Origin: Deltaproteobacteria bacterium
GTDB lineage: Bacteria; Desulfobacterota; DSM-4660; Desulfatiglandales; Desulfatiglandaceae
DNA: 64,000 bases
Direction of reading: 5' to 3'
NCBI GenBank assembly: GCA_021163815.1
Contig: JAGGTJ010000025.1
Span: 5,821 to 69,820, forward strand
In this document: piece by piece, positions 50,157 through 60,892 of the stretch
Numbering within the stretch: position 1 is the stretch's first letter
Layout of the letters: the number at the start of each line of letters is the position of its first letter
Notes under the pieces: generated by a model
What the model was told of the DNA's origin: nothing
The model's input: only the letters and a program-made list of their open reading frames with translations
Databases searched by the model: none
Translations under genes and position numbers: made by a program

Positions 50157-50255
50157 GTCAGGCTCAAATTTTAATCCTCAAAATATTTAATATATTCCTG
50201 CGGTTAAAATTTTTGCCTTCCTTGAACTTGAACAAAACTGAACATTTTGCAAAGG
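50157..50255 (-). repeat. repeat family E, copy 2
   Basis: See 45381-45472. Confidence 0.8.
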
Positions 50256-50299
50256 TTTTAACATATGAACCCTGATGGTTTTCAGGAGGAAGTGGTACT

Positions 50300-50647
50300 A
50301 TGAACAACATATTGGAAAAAATAGAAAAAGAACAGATGCGTATTGATATCCCCGACTTCAGGCCAGGGGATACGGTAAAGGTTCATGTGAAAATAAAGGA
50401 AGGGGGAAAGGAACGAATACAGGTCTTCAAGGGTGTTGTACTACGTAAAAGAAAAGGCACTACAGGCTCTACCTTTACTGTAAGAAAGGTTTCCTACGGG
50501 ATAGGTGTTGAAAGAATATTTCCCTTGCACTCACCGTCAATAGAGAAGATAGAGGTGGTAACAAGGGGCAAGGTCAGAAGGTCCAGGATTTACTATCTGA
50601 GAGGTCTTAAAGGCAAGGCCGCCCGTATTAAGGAACGAAGGTTTTAG
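50300..50647 (+). CDS. rplS: 50S ribosomal protein L19
   Basis: 115 aa; [33 protein letters not shown]. Confidence 0.95.
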   Translation: MNNILEKIEKEQMRIDIPDFRPGDTVKVHVKIKEGGKERIQVFKGVVLRKRKGTTGSTFTVRKVSYGIGVERIFPLHSPSIEKIEVVTRGKVRRSRIYYLRGLKGKAARIKERRF

Positions 50648-50664
50648 GTGCCTTTACAGAAAAT

Positions 50665-51291
50665 ATGTTGTCTCTCCCGGATTCCCCGTTTTTTTATGAA
50701 GACCTTGCTTTTAAATCAGGTTATTCCCTGGTAGCAGGTGTTGATGAGGCAGGCCGAGGTTCGTTGGCAGGGCCGGTAGTTGCAGCAGCGGCAATTATAC
50801 CTGCAGAGCACAGGACTTGCGCATTTTGGGATAAGATCAAAGATTCCAAACAGATGTCTGCAATTGCAAGGCAAAAGGCCTTTGCATTTATTGTTGATAA
50901 TGGCATTCCTGTTTCCATTGGTGTTGTATCACGGACATACATTGATACCCATAACATACTCAAGGCCTCCCTCGAGGCAATGAGACGGGCGATTGTTTCT
51001 CTTTCCATGCAGCCTGATTTTATTCTTGTGGACGGTATGCAGGCAGTTCCCATATCAATACCGCAAAAATGTATTAAAAAGGGTGATCAGATAAGCAAAA
51101 GCATATCTGCTGCATCTGTACTGGCAAAGGTTTACAGGGACAGGATTATGGATGCCTATCATGAGATATATCCATGTTATCATTTTAACAGAAACAAGGG
51201 TTATGGAACACGCCAGCATATTGAGGCCTTAAAAACACACGGGCCTGCCCCCATACACCGGCTTACTTTTAAAGGAGTGGTTCAGGTTTGA
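50665..51291 (+). CDS. rnhB: ribonuclease HII
   Basis: 208 aa; VAGVDEAGRGSLAGPVVAAA, DSKQMS, ASVLAKVYRD. Confidence 0.93.
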   Translation: MLSLPDSPFFYEDLAFKSGYSLVAGVDEAGRGSLAGPVVAAAAIIPAEHRTCAFWDKIKDSKQMSAIARQKAFAFIVDNGIPVSIGVVSRTYIDTHNILKASLEAMRRAIVSLSMQPDFILVDGMQAVPISIPQKCIKKGDQISKSISAASVLAKVYRDRIMDAYHEIYPCYHFNRNKGYGTRQHIEALKTHGPAPIHRLTFKGVVQV

Positions 51292-51656
51292 CCAGCCAAA
51301 GAATTGAGCTTGGAAAATGGGGTGAAGATCTGGCCTTCAGGGAACTTAAAAGACTGGGTTATAAAAATATCATACGCAATTATCGTTGTTCTGTCGGCGA
51401 AGTTGATATGGTGGCCATGGATGCCGGCACACTGGTATTTATAGAGGTCAAGACAAGAAGAGGCGCCTGTGTTGCTTATGCCAAGGAGGCTGTAACGGGA
51501 AAGAAAAGAAGACAGCTTTCGAAACTTGCCTTGACATATATAAAAGACAGGGGACTTGGCAACATCTCCGCCAGGTTTGATGTGGTGGCAATAAGCATAG
51601 AAGGAGATAAGGTAAAGACAGAAATCGTAAAAAACGCATTTGATCTGGCCTTCTGA
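51288..51656 (+). CDS. yraN: YraN-family endonuclease (UPF0102)
   Basis: 122 aa; GKWGEDLAFRELKRLGYKNIIRNYRCSVGEVDMVAMDAGTLVFIEVKTRR; TTG start overlapping the rnhB stop. Confidence 0.85.
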   Translation: MTSQRIELGKWGEDLAFRELKRLGYKNIIRNYRCSVGEVDMVAMDAGTLVFIEVKTRRGACVAYAKEAVTGKKRRQLSKLALTYIKDRGLGNISARFDVVAISIEGDKVKTEIVKNAFDLAF

Positions 51657-51723
51657 ATGTCCTGACCACCGACGGTAAAATACAGCCTGGTTTTTAGCAC
51701 GGTTCTGTGTGTTTTTACGGTAT
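51653..51723 (-). repeat. family A repeat, copy 9 (partial)
   Basis: Reverse complement reads taccgtaaaaacacacagaaccgtgctaaaaaccaggctgtattttaccgtcggtggtcaggacatt. Confidence 0.8.
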
Positions 51724-51727
51724 AACC

Positions 51728-52618
51728 ATGACAGGGAAAAGACAGGATAATTGTGAAGAGAATTATGGAACCCTGTACGTTGTTGCAACCCCCATTGGCA
51801 ATTTAGACGATATAACCTTGCGTGCCTTAAATGTCCTTAGGCAGGTCCATAGTGTAGCAGCCGAAAATATTTCCCGTACCAGGGCCCTTTTGAATCATTA
51901 TGGTATCAGGACCAAACTTGCAAGTTACAGAGAACAGAATCATATCAAACAGGCATCCCTTATAATCAGGATACTGCAGTCCGGCGACAGTGTTGCCCTT
52001 GTAACAGATGCCGGCACACCTTGCATTTCTGATCCTGGCGCCTATCTTGTTGACCAGGCATACGAACACAGGATAGGAGTAGTTCCAATACCAGGGCCGT
52101 CTGCATTGACTGCAGCCCTGTCCGTCTCTGGCCTTATTTCAGACAGGTATATGTTTGTCGGGTTTTTGCCCCGCAAGTCCGGAAAAAGGCGCAATATCCT
52201 CAAGGAACTGTCTCAGGAGCAGGCCGCAATGGTTTTTTATGAGGCTCCTCATCGTCTGAATCTTATGCTCTCGGACATGCTAAGTATCTTTGGCAACCGC
52301 CAGGTGGCTGTTTTCAAGGAAATCACAAAGATATTTGAGGACGTAAAAAGAGGACCTTTGAATGTGGTTATTGAGCAACTGACTCCTGAGTGGATAAGAG
52401 GGGAATTCACCGTTGTTGTTGCCGGAAACGATATCATGTCCAAAGATCATGGTCAGGGGAAAGACATTCTGAAAACAGTTGATGCCAGGTTGTTGGAGAA
52501 TACAGGCATTAAAGACATTGCAACTGCTGTTGCAGGCGAAACAGGCCTTTCATACAGGCAGGCCTATAAGATATGCATAGAAAGAAAACTATGCAGGGAA
52601 AAAGACGGTTTTTCATGA
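51728..52618 (+). CDS. rsmI: 16S rRNA (cytidine1402-2'-O)-methyltransferase
   Basis: GTLYVVATPIGNLDDITLRALNVL, DAGTPCISDPG. ATG 51728 chosen because the GTG extension at 51707 lies inside a family A repeat. Confidence 0.9.
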   Translation: MTGKRQDNCEENYGTLYVVATPIGNLDDITLRALNVLRQVHSVAAENISRTRALLNHYGIRTKLASYREQNHIKQASLIIRILQSGDSVALVTDAGTPCISDPGAYLVDQAYEHRIGVVPIPGPSALTAALSVSGLISDRYMFVGFLPRKSGKRRNILKELSQEQAAMVFYEAPHRLNLMLSDMLSIFGNRQVAVFKEITKIFEDVKRGPLNVVIEQLTPEWIRGEFTVVVAGNDIMSKDHGQGKDILKTVDARLLENTGIKDIATAVAGETGLSYRQAYKICIERKLCREKDGFS

Positions 52619-52805
52619 TTGATGTCATGAGTGGCCTTAACATCTGTAAAAAAATCAGCAGGAATTTTACACTCCTTACGAATGCACCCAATGTATCAGT
52701 TCAACAAATGAGGCACTGACAGAAGATTTTTCCGTTTTGAGTTTCCTATCCGGTCTCTTGTGTTGTACCTGCTTTAAGGGGGATTTCCGTCAGTATTTTC
52801 TATAA

Positions 52806-52874
52806 CCCGACATAGCCGGATCCAAAATATTCAGCAGCCTGTTTTTCAGCACGGTTTTGTGTGTTTTTACGGTA
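52806..52874 (-). repeat. family A repeat, copy 10 (internal deletion)
   Basis: Reverse complement reads taccgtaaaaacacacaaaaccgtgctgaaaaacaggctgctgaatattttggatccggctatgtcgg. Confidence 0.8.
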
Positions 52875-52969
52875 AGGTAAATCCGGAAGAGATGGCGCCA
52901 TCCTGACAGTCATGTCAGGGGAACCCTTCTGCCGCTTTTTGTTGAGCTGTTACATGCCAGTTTTATTAT

Positions 52970-53239
52970 ATGGAAACTATAAAGAATTTCAGGATAAATA
53001 ATGAGTTGGGGATTCATGCCAGGACAGCGGCCATGATTGTGGAATTGGCCAAAAAGTTTAATTCCAAGATATACATAAAGAAAAATGACGAGGAAGTGGA
53101 TGGTAGAAGTATCCTGTCTATACTAACGCTTTCATGTCCCAAGGGTTCAGAAATACAGGTAAGGATTGTCGGGGATGATTCACAGGAATTTATGGATGCC
53201 TTGACAGAGCTGATCGAGGACGGATTTGGAGAGGACTGA
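52970..53239 (+). CDS. ptsH: phosphocarrier protein HPr
   Basis: 89 aa; active-site GIHARTAA and regulatory-Ser region DGRSILSILTL. Confidence 0.9.
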   Translation: METIKNFRINNELGIHARTAAMIVELAKKFNSKIYIKKNDEEVDGRSILSILTLSCPKGSEIQVRIVGDDSQEFMDALTELIEDGFGED

Positions 53240-53241
53240 TA

Positions 53242-55014
53242 ATGGCGCATGAAAAAAACACCCCCAAGACCGTATATGGAATTCCTGCTTCTCCGGGTAT
53301 AGTAATAGGCAAGGCTCATGTGGTTGACAGATCAAAGGTCAAGGTGATGTACCATTACCTTATAAGTGATGATCTGGTGGATCAGGAGGTTGCCCGTTTC
53401 AGGGAGGCAGTGGAAAAGGCAAAAGAGCAGCTTACAACCTTGAAAGACCGCCTGCCCGATTACGTAAAGGATCATGCGTTTATACTGGAAAGCCATCGCA
53501 TGATCCTGAAAGACAGCATGGTTTATAATGCTACCATAAAACACATTACTGAAGACAAGATAAATGCTGAGTGGGCGCTCAAGAAGACCTTGCTCGACAT
53601 CAAGAACGTATTCCAGGAGATTGATGATGAATACATCAGTAACAGGATCAGTGATGTGGGAAATGTTGTTGAAAGGATATTGAGAAACCTGTCAGGTAAA
53701 CAGCAGGAAAGTCTTCTGGATCTTAAAGAACGGGTAATCATTGTTGCCCATGACATCTCTCCTGAAGATGCTACAGAACTCAATACAAGCAAGGTAATGG
53801 GTTTTGTCTCTAATGTTGGTGCAAAAACCTCTCATACGGCTATTATAGCTCAGGCCCTGGGTTTGCCTGCTGTTATGGGCCTTGGCAATATTACGGATAT
53901 CGTAGAAGAAGGATGTCTGTTGATTGTCGATGGTAATACCGGCGAGGTTGTCATACAGCCTGATGATGATGCCATCATTTATTACCATGAAAGACAGATT
54001 CAAAGAGAAAGGTATCGCTCTTCCATAATCAGAACAAGTTATCTGCCTGCCAAAACCCTGGATGGTTACGAAATTGCTGTTATGGCCAATACGGAATTTG
54101 CAGGTGAAACAGAGGCGGTAAAAGAAAATGGGGGAGCAGGCATAGGCCTTTACAGAACTGAATTTCTTTATCTTAAAAGCAACGGGTTCCCTTCTGAAGA
54201 GGAGCTGTTCAATGATTATAAACAGGTGGCTGAAAAAATAGCTCCTGACCCTGTTATTATAAGGACATTGGATCTTGGCGGAGACAAGTTCCTGTCATAT
54301 TCCAATAAAAAGGAGGCGAACCCTGCCCTTGGGCTTAGGGCCATACGGTTATCGCTGAAAAATCCCCAGGTATTCAAGGTGCAGATCAGGGCCATTCTGC
54401 GTGCAAGTGCATACGGTAATGTCTGGCTGATGTTTCCCATGATATCAGGGCTTAGTGAAATCCAGGCGGCAAACAGAATACTGACGGAGGTCAAAAAAGA
54501 TCTCGATGATGCGGGGATGGACTATAAGAGGGATATAAGGGTCGGAATTATGATCGAAATCCCGTCTGCCGTTGCCATAGCAGACATACTTGCTCATCAA
54601 ATAGATTTTTTCAGCATCGGAACCAACGACCTGATCCAGTATGCCCTTGCTGTTGACAGGACAAATGAGGATGTTGCCTATCTGTATAAGCCTTTCCATC
54701 CTGCAATTTTAAGGATGATAAGGCAGGTAATAACAGCGGCCGACAAGGCCGGTATAGAGGTTTCGTTATGCGGGGCCATGGCAGGGGAACCGTGCTGTGT
54801 TCCCATCCTTATTGGCGCTGGTATGAAAAGACTAAGTGTAAATATACAGTCTGTTCCCCTTATAAAAAAGATCATACGTTCGATTTCCCTTAAAGATGCA
54901 GAGAGCTGCTTTGAAGATATTATGAAGCTGACAACGGCAAATCAGGTTGAGGCATACATAAAGGCTTTTATGAAGGACCTGTTGCCGGAACTGGGAGAAA
55001 ACGCATTTATATGA
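53242..55014 (+). CDS. ptsI: phosphoenolpyruvate--protein phosphotransferase (Enzyme I)
   Basis: 590 aa; GAKTSHTAIIAQALGLPAV, GLYRTEFLY, FFSIGTNDLIQY. Confidence 0.93.
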   Translation: MAHEKNTPKTVYGIPASPGIVIGKAHVVDRSKVKVMYHYLISDDLVDQEVARFREAVEKAKEQLTTLKDRLPDYVKDHAFILESHRMILKDSMVYNATIKHITEDKINAEWALKKTLLDIKNVFQEIDDEYISNRISDVGNVVERILRNLSGKQQESLLDLKERVIIVAHDISPEDATELNTSKVMGFVSNVGAKTSHTAIIAQALGLPAVMGLGNITDIVEEGCLLIVDGNTGEVVIQPDDDAIIYYHERQIQRERYRSSIIRTSYLPAKTLDGYEIAVMANTEFAGETEAVKENGGAGIGLYRTEFLYLKSNGFPSEEELFNDYKQVAEKIAPDPVIIRTLDLGGDKFLSYSNKKEANPALGLRAIRLSLKNPQVFKVQIRAILRASAYGNVWLMFPMISGLSEIQAANRILTEVKKDLDDAGMDYKRDIRVGIMIEIPSAVAIADILAHQIDFFSIGTNDLIQYALAVDRTNEDVAYLYKPFHPAILRMIRQVITAADKAGIEVSLCGAMAGEPCCVPILIGAGMKRLSVNIQSVPLIKKIIRSISLKDAESCFEDIMKLTTANQVEAYIKAFMKDLLPELGENAFI

Positions 55015-55466
55015 ACAAAAAGATTGTATGCTCGAACAAAAAGGCGAAATATGACTATTTCCTCGATGATTTTTATGAAGCAGGGATGGTGTTGCTGGGA
55101 CCGGAGGTTAAATCCCTAAGGTTGGGGCAGGCAAATCTTACAGACAGCTATGCAAAGATCAAAAAGGGCGAGGTTTTTTTGTACAATATGCATATCAAGC
55201 CCTATGTAAATGCCCGGCATATAAACCTGGATCCTGTAAGGCCAAGAAAACTGCTTTTGAACAAGAGGGAGATAAAACGCCTTATTGGGAAAACAGAGGG
55301 AAAGGGCTATACCCTTATACCAACAAAGGTTTATTTTTTAAACGGTTGGGCAAAGGTGGAAATTGCCTTGGCAAGAGGCAAACGCAAGTACGACAAGCGA
55401 CAGGCCCTTAAAGAAAAAGAGATGAAAAAGGATATGAAAGAGGCCCAAAAAAGGTATAAGTATTGA
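55011..55466 (+). CDS. smpB: SsrA-binding protein SmpB
   Basis: 151 aa; NKKAKYDYFLDDFYEAGMVLLGPEVKSLR, RPRKLLLNKREI. Confidence 0.93.
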   Translation: MNKKIVCSNKKAKYDYFLDDFYEAGMVLLGPEVKSLRLGQANLTDSYAKIKKGEVFLYNMHIKPYVNARHINLDPVRPRKLLLNKREIKRLIGKTEGKGYTLIPTKVYFLNGWAKVEIALARGKRKYDKRQALKEKEMKKDMKEAQKRYKY

Positions 55467-55549
55467 CATTTTCATCGTAAATGATTATTTTATAGCAGTA
55501 AATTGCCCCGATTGTCTGTTTTTATCATCTTTGATGGTAATAACTGTAA

Positions 55550-55903
55550 GGGGGCGAAACGGTTTCGACGGAGATAGTTGAAGTTCAGATTGCATACCGA
55601 GGTTCCATCATCTCGTAAAACAGGTGGATATAAACACAATCGCAGACGATTATTCGTATGCTCTGGCCGCTTAGGCCAGCGTCCTTTTAGTTTTTACCTG
55701 CGGAACTAAAAAGGGCGTCGATCAGCAGGGTAGCTTGGCCGTATTGCCTGTGTGACGGTCAGGTGAACTTTATCACAGGATAGTCCGTTGTTGTAGGTGC
55801 TCGATACCTACGACAGGGATGAAACAATAAATATCGAGCTAAGTATGTAGATGTCTGAATGGAATGTTTCCGGACGGGGGTTCGACTCCCCCCGCCTCCA
55901 CCA
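55550..55903 (+). ncRNA. ssrA: tmRNA (ssrA), tag ORF ADDYSYALAA-stop at 55642-55674
   Basis: 5' GGGGGCGAAACGGTTTCGACGG pairs with 3' CGCCTCC-A-CCA. T-arm-like GGACGGGGGTTCGACTCCCCCCGCC. Resume codon GCA and in-frame GCA GAC GAT TAT TCG TAT GCT CTG GCC GCT TAG. Directly follows smpB. Confidence 0.93.
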
Positions 55904-55918
55904 TTTGAAAAAAGACAA

Positions 55919-55961
55919 CCCGTCTCTCGGCATATCTTTTCCGGGAAGACGGTTTTTTTTA
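55919..55961 (+). terminator. rho-independent terminator of ssrA
   Basis: cccgtctctcgg-catatctttt-ccgggaagacgg hairpin followed by T8. Confidence 0.7.
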
Positions 55962-56295
55962 TTTTCCCCCCCCTTGTTTTCAGATGGCTTGCGCCCATTT
56001 CACATCTTTTTAAAGTACCTCTTTGCTCCTCGTTTCTTCTCCACCTTTCTTCCTCTGTTTGTCCCCAGATTCGCTGGCATTGACAATCACCCCACGATCC
56101 TGCCCCTACACACCCGGTGATATATTCGGGCGGGATAAGTCTTTACCGGCATGTGTTTGTGCCGGGTTATGCCCGGGAGAGCATGGTTTCGGCATGGCTC
56201 TATATTGGAGACACGGCAGTCAGGCGTGGGACGAAGCTCATCCAGTCCGGTATTTGGTCGGAATAAACACCGATCACCATAATTTAGAAAAACAT

Positions 56296-56324
56296 TTGAC
56301 AGCAACTGTCACTAACTGTATATT
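56296..56324 (+). promoter_or_regulatory. sigma-70 promoter with overlapping palindromic operator candidate
   Basis: TTGACA (56296-56301), 17-nt spacer, TATATT (56319-56324). A perfect inverted repeat TGACAG-caa-CTGTCA (56297-56311) overlaps the -35. The site is 62 nt upstream of the HTH gene. Confidence 0.6.
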
Positions 56325-56385
56325 AGATGGGTGTTATGAGGTATCGTGCGAAAACTTTTGCCTTGCGGTCAGAGAGGTATACCTG

Positions 56386-56592
56386 ATGGATGAAAAACCA
56401 GGCGCTGTCATGACCATTGAAGAGCTATCCGCCTATCTGAAGATTCCGAAGTCAACGCTCTATAAGCTCGTTCGGGAAGGCAAGGTCCCTTCCCAGAAGG
56501 TGGGCCGGCACTGGCGTTTCCGGAAGGAGGCCATCGATCGATGGTTGGACGAGACGCAAGCCGAAGAGCCGGATACAAAGGGAGAACAGTAA
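56386..56592 (+). CDS. excisionase-family (MerR-like) helix-turn-helix DNA-binding protein
   Basis: 68 aa from an ATG with a GAGAGG RBS; MTIEELSAYLKIPKSTLYKLVREGKVPSQKVGRHWRFRKEAIDRWL is the classic excisionase-type HTH signature. Confidence 0.75.
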   Translation: MDEKPGAVMTIEELSAYLKIPKSTLYKLVREGKVPSQKVGRHWRFRKEAIDRWLDETQAEEPDTKGEQ

Positions 56593-57068
56593 TGGCTGAG
56601 CCTCTCGCTGATCAGGTCATGCGGAAAATCAAACAGGCTGCCGAGCTTTACCATAGGCTTATGCTGGTCGTAGCTCCGGCAGGAGCGGGAAAAACTACTG
56701 CGCTCACATACGTGAAAGAACGCATAGGCGCACCACTGGTCAACGTCAACCTGGAGCTGTCACGCCGCATGCTTGAACTAACCGAGCGCCAGAGGGCGTT
56801 ACAGCTTCCCCGACTGTTAAGGGAGATTGTAGATGATGCTGCCAGTGAAGTGGTGTTGCTCGACAATTTAGAGATTTTATTTGACGTATCCCTGCAGCAA
56901 GACCCTCTTCGGCTTCTTCAGGGACTTTCTCGTAACAAAACGGTGGTTGCTGCCTGGAACGGTTCCATTGACAAAGACCACATGACCTATGCCGTACCGG
57001 ATCATCCTGAGTTCCGCCGCTATCTGGTCCGCGATTTTCTGGTGGCAAGTCCGGAGGTAACGACATGA
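56592..57068 (+). CDS. brxF: BrxF-like small P-loop ATPase (BREX type 3)
   Basis: 158 aa; TAATG-coupled to the HTH gene; Walker [11 protein letters not shown], Walker [12 protein letters not shown], then [22 protein letters not shown]. Assignment is from remembered family features and gene context. Confidence 0.65.
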   Translation: MAEPLADQVMRKIKQAAELYHRLMLVVAPAGAGKTTALTYVKERIGAPLVNVNLELSRRMLELTERQRALQLPRLLREIVDDAASEVVLLDNLEILFDVSLQQDPLRLLQGLSRNKTVVAAWNGSIDKDHMTYAVPDHPEFRRYLVRDFLVASPEVTT

Positions 57069-57102
57069 AGCTGATAGAAGAGATTACAAGGGGGCATACG
57101 CG

Positions 57103-60100
57103 ATGAAATACGGTGACCTGATTCAGTTTGAACCCATTGAGTCCGTGGTCCAACTGCGGGATGCCATTGATGCAACTGCCGCCCGGCAGCTTGTCGAGAC
57201 CTATGTCATTTCCAAAGAGATGGCAGAGAAGCTGGTGGGTTTGGTTATTCCCCAGCTGCAGTTTGAGCAGCCCACCGACAACAAAGGACTTCTGGTGGTT
57301 GGTAATTACGGCACTGGTAAATCCCACCTCATGTCGGTGATCTCCTCTCTTGCGGAACATCCCGACCTTACCGCCAGTCTCAGCAATGCCGACGTAGCGA
57401 ATGCTGCTCAAAAAATCAGCGGCCGGTTCAAGGTGGTCCGTACCGAGATCGGTGCCACCACCATGTCCCTGCGGGACATTCTTGTTGCCGAACTGGAAGA
57501 GCATCTGGCGGCGATGGGTGTGAGCTACAGCTTTCCATCCGCCGACCAGGTATCCAACAACAAACGTTCCTTCGAGGAGATGATGGCCGCCTTCCACCAG
57601 GAATTTCCGGACCATGGTCTACTCCTCGTGGTGGATGAGCTTCTCGACTATCTGCGCACCCGTAAAGACCAGGAGCTTATTCTGGACCTGAACTTCCTCC
57701 GTGAGATCGGCGAAGTTTGCAAGGACCTGCGTTTCCGCTTCATGGCCGGTGTCCAGGAAGCCATTTTCGACAGTCCCCGGTTCTCCTTTGTGGCCGACAG
57801 TATCCGCCGGGTGAAGGACCGCTTCGAGCAGATTCTCATCGCTCGCAAAGACGTCAAGTTCGTGGTGGCCGAGCGATTGCTCAAGAAAACCGGTGAGCAG
57901 CAGGCCAAAATACGCGAATACCTTACGCCCTTCGGCAAGTTCTACGGCCATATGAACGAGCGCATGGGCGAGTTCGTCCGTCTCTTCCCAGTGCATCCCG
58001 ATTACGTCGACACCTTTGAGAGGGTAACCGCGGTTGAAAAGCGCGAAGTGCTCAAGACCCTGTCCCTGGCCATGAAGAAGATGCTCGATCAGGATCTGCC
58101 AGACGACCGGCCGGGGCTCATCGCCTATGACACCTACTGGACTAATCTCCGAGAGAATCCATCCTTCCGGGCCGTGCCAGACATTAAGGCGGTCATCGAC
58201 TGCAGCCAGGTACTGGAGTCCCGCATACAGCAGGCCTTCACGCGTCCGGCTTACAGGCCCATGACGATCAGACTTATCCATGCCCTGTCTGTACATCGGC
58301 TTACTACAGGTGACATTTATGCCCCTCTGGGCGCGACAGCTGAGGAGCTTCGTGACGGGCTTTGCCTCTATCAACCGGGCATCGAGGAACTGGGAGGTGA
58401 TCCGGCCGACGACCTGCTATCCCAGGTAGAGACCGTCCTGCGCGAAATCCACAAAACGGTCAGCGGACAATTTATCTCTTCGAATCCGGACAGCCGGCAA
58501 TTCTATCTGGACCTGAAAAAAATCGACGACTTCGACGCGTTGATCGAAAAACGCGCCGAAAGCCTCGATTCCTCCCAACTGGACCGCTACTACTACGAGG
58601 CCCTGAAACGGGTCATGGAATGTACTGACCAGACTTATGTCACCGGCTACAAGATCTGGCAGCACGAGCTGGAATGGTTGGAGCGCAAGGCTGCACGCCA
58701 GGGATACCTTTTCTTTGGCGCGCCCAACGAGCGATCCACTGCTGTACCGCCGCGGGACTTCTACCTCTATTTCATTCAACCCTTCGATCCACCGCACTTC
58801 AAGGACGAGAAGAAGCCCGACGAGCTGTTCCTCAGGCTTCGCCTAAGTGCGGAGTACGATGTGCGAAGTGCGCAAGAGAAGAACGCACCACGCACGGCGC
58901 ACCACGCACTCGATTTCAGGGAAACCCTGAAATCGTTTGCCGCAGCCCTGGACCTGGCATCCACCTCATCTGGGCAGGCAAAAGCAACCTACGAATCCAA
59001 GTCATCCCATTTTCTGCGGGACCTGGTGCAGTGGCTGCAAAAGCACATGACAGATGCATTCGAGGTCACCTATCAGGGGCGCACAAAGTCACTTACCGAG
59101 TGGGCCAAGGGTAAGTCGATCCGTGAGCTTTCCGGCATCAGCTCCCATGAACGCATCAATTTTCGTGACCTGATTAACACAATTGCCGGGATCTGCCTGG
59201 GAGCTCACTTCCAGGATCAGGCACCTGAGTATCCCTTCTTCTCGGTCCTCATCACCGGGACCAACCGGGAACAGGCCGCCCAGGACGCCTTGCGCGCCAT
59301 TGCCGGTCAGAACCGAACCAAGCAGGCCACCGCTGTATTGGATGCGCTGGAACTACTCGACGGTGAACGGCTTGATCCATACCAGTCGAAGTACGCCAAG
59401 CACATCATCGGCCTGCTCAAGAAGAAAGGGCATGGCCAAGTGGTCAATCGCTCCGAGCTAATCCAGGACGACAAGGGTGTGGAATACATGGATAAAGACC
59501 GGTATCGGCTGGAGCCCGAGTGGGTGATTGTTGTCCTGGCCGCGCTGGTCTACTCCGGTGATCTGGTGCTCGCCATCCCGGGCAAGAAGTACGACGCCAC
59601 CGGCCTTCCACAACTGGCCGGGATCGGCATAGATGAACTGACGCAGTTCAACCATATCGAACGACCCAAGGACTGGAACCTGCCAGCTCTGAAAGCGGTA
59701 TTCGAACTGCTCGGTCTCACACCAGGCATGGCGCAACTGGTCACCCAGGGCAAGGACGAACCGGTCCAGCAGTTGCAAAAGGCCATCTCAGAATCGGTAG
59801 AGAAGCTGGTGCTCCTGCAGCAAACCCTACAAAGCGGACTACTTTTCTGGGGTCGGAACTTACTGACTGAGGAAGAAGCTCAAAAGCTCCGTACCCGGCT
59901 CGACGAGACCAAGACTTTCCTGGAGTCGCTCCAGGCCTATACCTCGCCTGGCAAGCTCAAAAACTTCCGCTACGACGCCCAGGAGGTGACATCCCATCGG
60001 GACGGAATCAATTCCCTTACAGAAATCGAATCTCTCCAGGAATTGGTAGCCGATCTCGGTTCCACTGCCTCCTTCCTGTCCACCGCCGAGGCGGTACTGC

Positions 60101-60888
60101 CCGCGGAACACGAGTGGGTAGATGAGATGAAGAAGGTGCGTGACGAGGTACTCATCCAACTTGGCGATCCAGACAAACGCAGTGCAGCCACCTTCCGCCA
60201 GCAGACTCAGCGCAAGCTCGCAGATCTCAAGAAGACCTACGTGCAGACCTACCTGGCATTGCATGCCAAGGCTCGGCTGGGCGTGAACGAAGACAAGCGC
60301 AAGACCGAACTCATGGGTGACGAACGGCTCAAGGTGTTGCAAAAGCTATCCACTATCGAACTGATGCCGCGTCAGCATCTGACCGACTTTCAAAACCGTC
60401 TTGCCGGTTTGAAGAGCTGCTTCGCGCTCACCGAGCAGGAATTGGATGCAACGCCTGTGTGCCCGCACTGCAACTACAAACCCAGCGCGGAACCACCGGC
60501 TGTACCGGCGGGCACTGTGTTGGATGATCTCGACGAGGAGCTGGACAAGCTGGTGGAGAACTGGACTCAGACATTGCTGACCAACCTGGAGGACCCGACC
60601 ACCAAGGGCAACCTGGACCTGCTCAAGCCCGAGCCCAAGAAGCTCGTGAACGGCTTCATCAAAAAGCGGGCCCTGCCGGACGAAATCAATCAGGATTTCA
60701 TCCATGCCCTTGGCGAGGTGCTTTCCGGGCTCCAGAAAGTTCCGGTCAAGATCGCAGATCTGCGTGCGGCCCTGCTCTCCGGCGGCTCACCGGTAACACC
60801 GGCGGAGATGAAGAAACGGTTCGAGGAATATCTGGACGAACTCACCAAGGGCAAGGAGCCCGGCAAGGTGAGGATTGTGCTGGAGTGA
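57103..60888 (+). CDS. brxC: BrxC/PglY-like large P-loop ATPase (BREX)
   Basis: 1261 aa; N-terminus [19 protein letters not shown], Walker [15 protein letters not shown], Walker [14 protein letters not shown]-terminal CPHCNYKP zinc-ribbon-like element; size and position fit BrxC. Confidence 0.7.
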   Translation: MKYGDLIQFEPIESVVQLRDAIDATAARQLVETYVISKEMAEKLVGLVIPQLQFEQPTDNKGLLVVGNYGTGKSHLMSVISSLAEHPDLTASLSNADVANAAQKISGRFKVVRTEIGATTMSLRDILVAELEEHLAAMGVSYSFPSADQVSNNKRSFEEMMAAFHQEFPDHGLLLVVDELLDYLRTRKDQELILDLNFLREIGEVCKDLRFRFMAGVQEAIFDSPRFSFVADSIRRVKDRFEQILIARKDVKFVVAERLLKKTGEQQAKIREYLTPFGKFYGHMNERMGEFVRLFPVHPDYVDTFERVTAVEKREVLKTLSLAMKKMLDQDLPDDRPGLIAYDTYWTNLRENPSFRAVPDIKAVIDCSQVLESRIQQAFTRPAYRPMTIRLIHALSVHRLTTGDIYAPLGATAEELRDGLCLYQPGIEELGGDPADDLLSQVETVLREIHKTVSGQFISSNPDSRQFYLDLKKIDDFDALIEKRAESLDSSQLDRYYYEALKRVMECTDQTYVTGYKIWQHELEWLERKAARQGYLFFGAPNERSTAVPPRDFYLYFIQPFDPPHFKDEKKPDELFLRLRLSAEYDVRSAQEKNAPRTAHHALDFRETLKSFAAALDLASTSSGQAKATYESKSSHFLRDLVQWLQKHMTDAFEVTYQGRTKSLTEWAKGKSIRELSGISSHERINFRDLINTIAGICLGAHFQDQAPEYPFFSVLITGTNREQAAQDALRAIAGQNRTKQATAVLDALELLDGERLDPYQSKYAKHIIGLLKKKGHGQVVNRSELIQDDKGVEYMDKDRYRLEPEWVIVVLAALVYSGDLVLAIPGKKYDATGLPQLAGIGIDELTQFNHIERPKDWNLPALKAVFELLGLTPGMAQLVTQGKDEPVQQLQKAISESVEKLVLLQQTLQSGLLFWGRNLLTEEEAQKLRTRLDETKTFLESLQAYTSPGKLKNFRYDAQEVTSHRDGINSLTEIESLQELVADLGSTASFLSTAEAVLPAEHEWVDEMKKVRDEVLIQLGDPDKRSAATFRQQTQRKLADLKKTYVQTYLALHAKARLGVNEDKRKTELMGDERLKVLQKLSTIELMPRQHLTDFQNRLAGLKSCFALTEQELDATPVCPHCNYKPSAEPPAVPAGTVLDDLDEELDKLVENWTQTLLTNLEDPTTKGNLDLLKPEPKKLVNGFIKKRALPDEINQDFIHALGEVLSGLQKVPVKIADLRAALLSGGSPVTPAEMKKRFEEYLDELTKGKEPGKVRIVLE

Positions 60889-60892
60889 ACAG

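Noticed and set aside
55904-56385. Integrase or integrase remnant next to ssrA
   Set aside because: Six-frame translations of this 480-nt stretch give no tyrosine-recombinase-like motifs. The long frame at 56023 is only an upstream extension of the HTH gene with a non-protein-like sequence.
56746-58374. Long antisense ORFs in the island (56746-57615, 289 aa; 57619-58374, 251 aa; also 61808-62527, 239 aa; 62543-63022, 159 aa)
   Set aside because: They lie opposite strongly supported plus-strand genes in a high-GC region where stop codons are rare. Their translations are low-complexity Arg/Gly/Leu-rich with no recognisable motifs or RBS.
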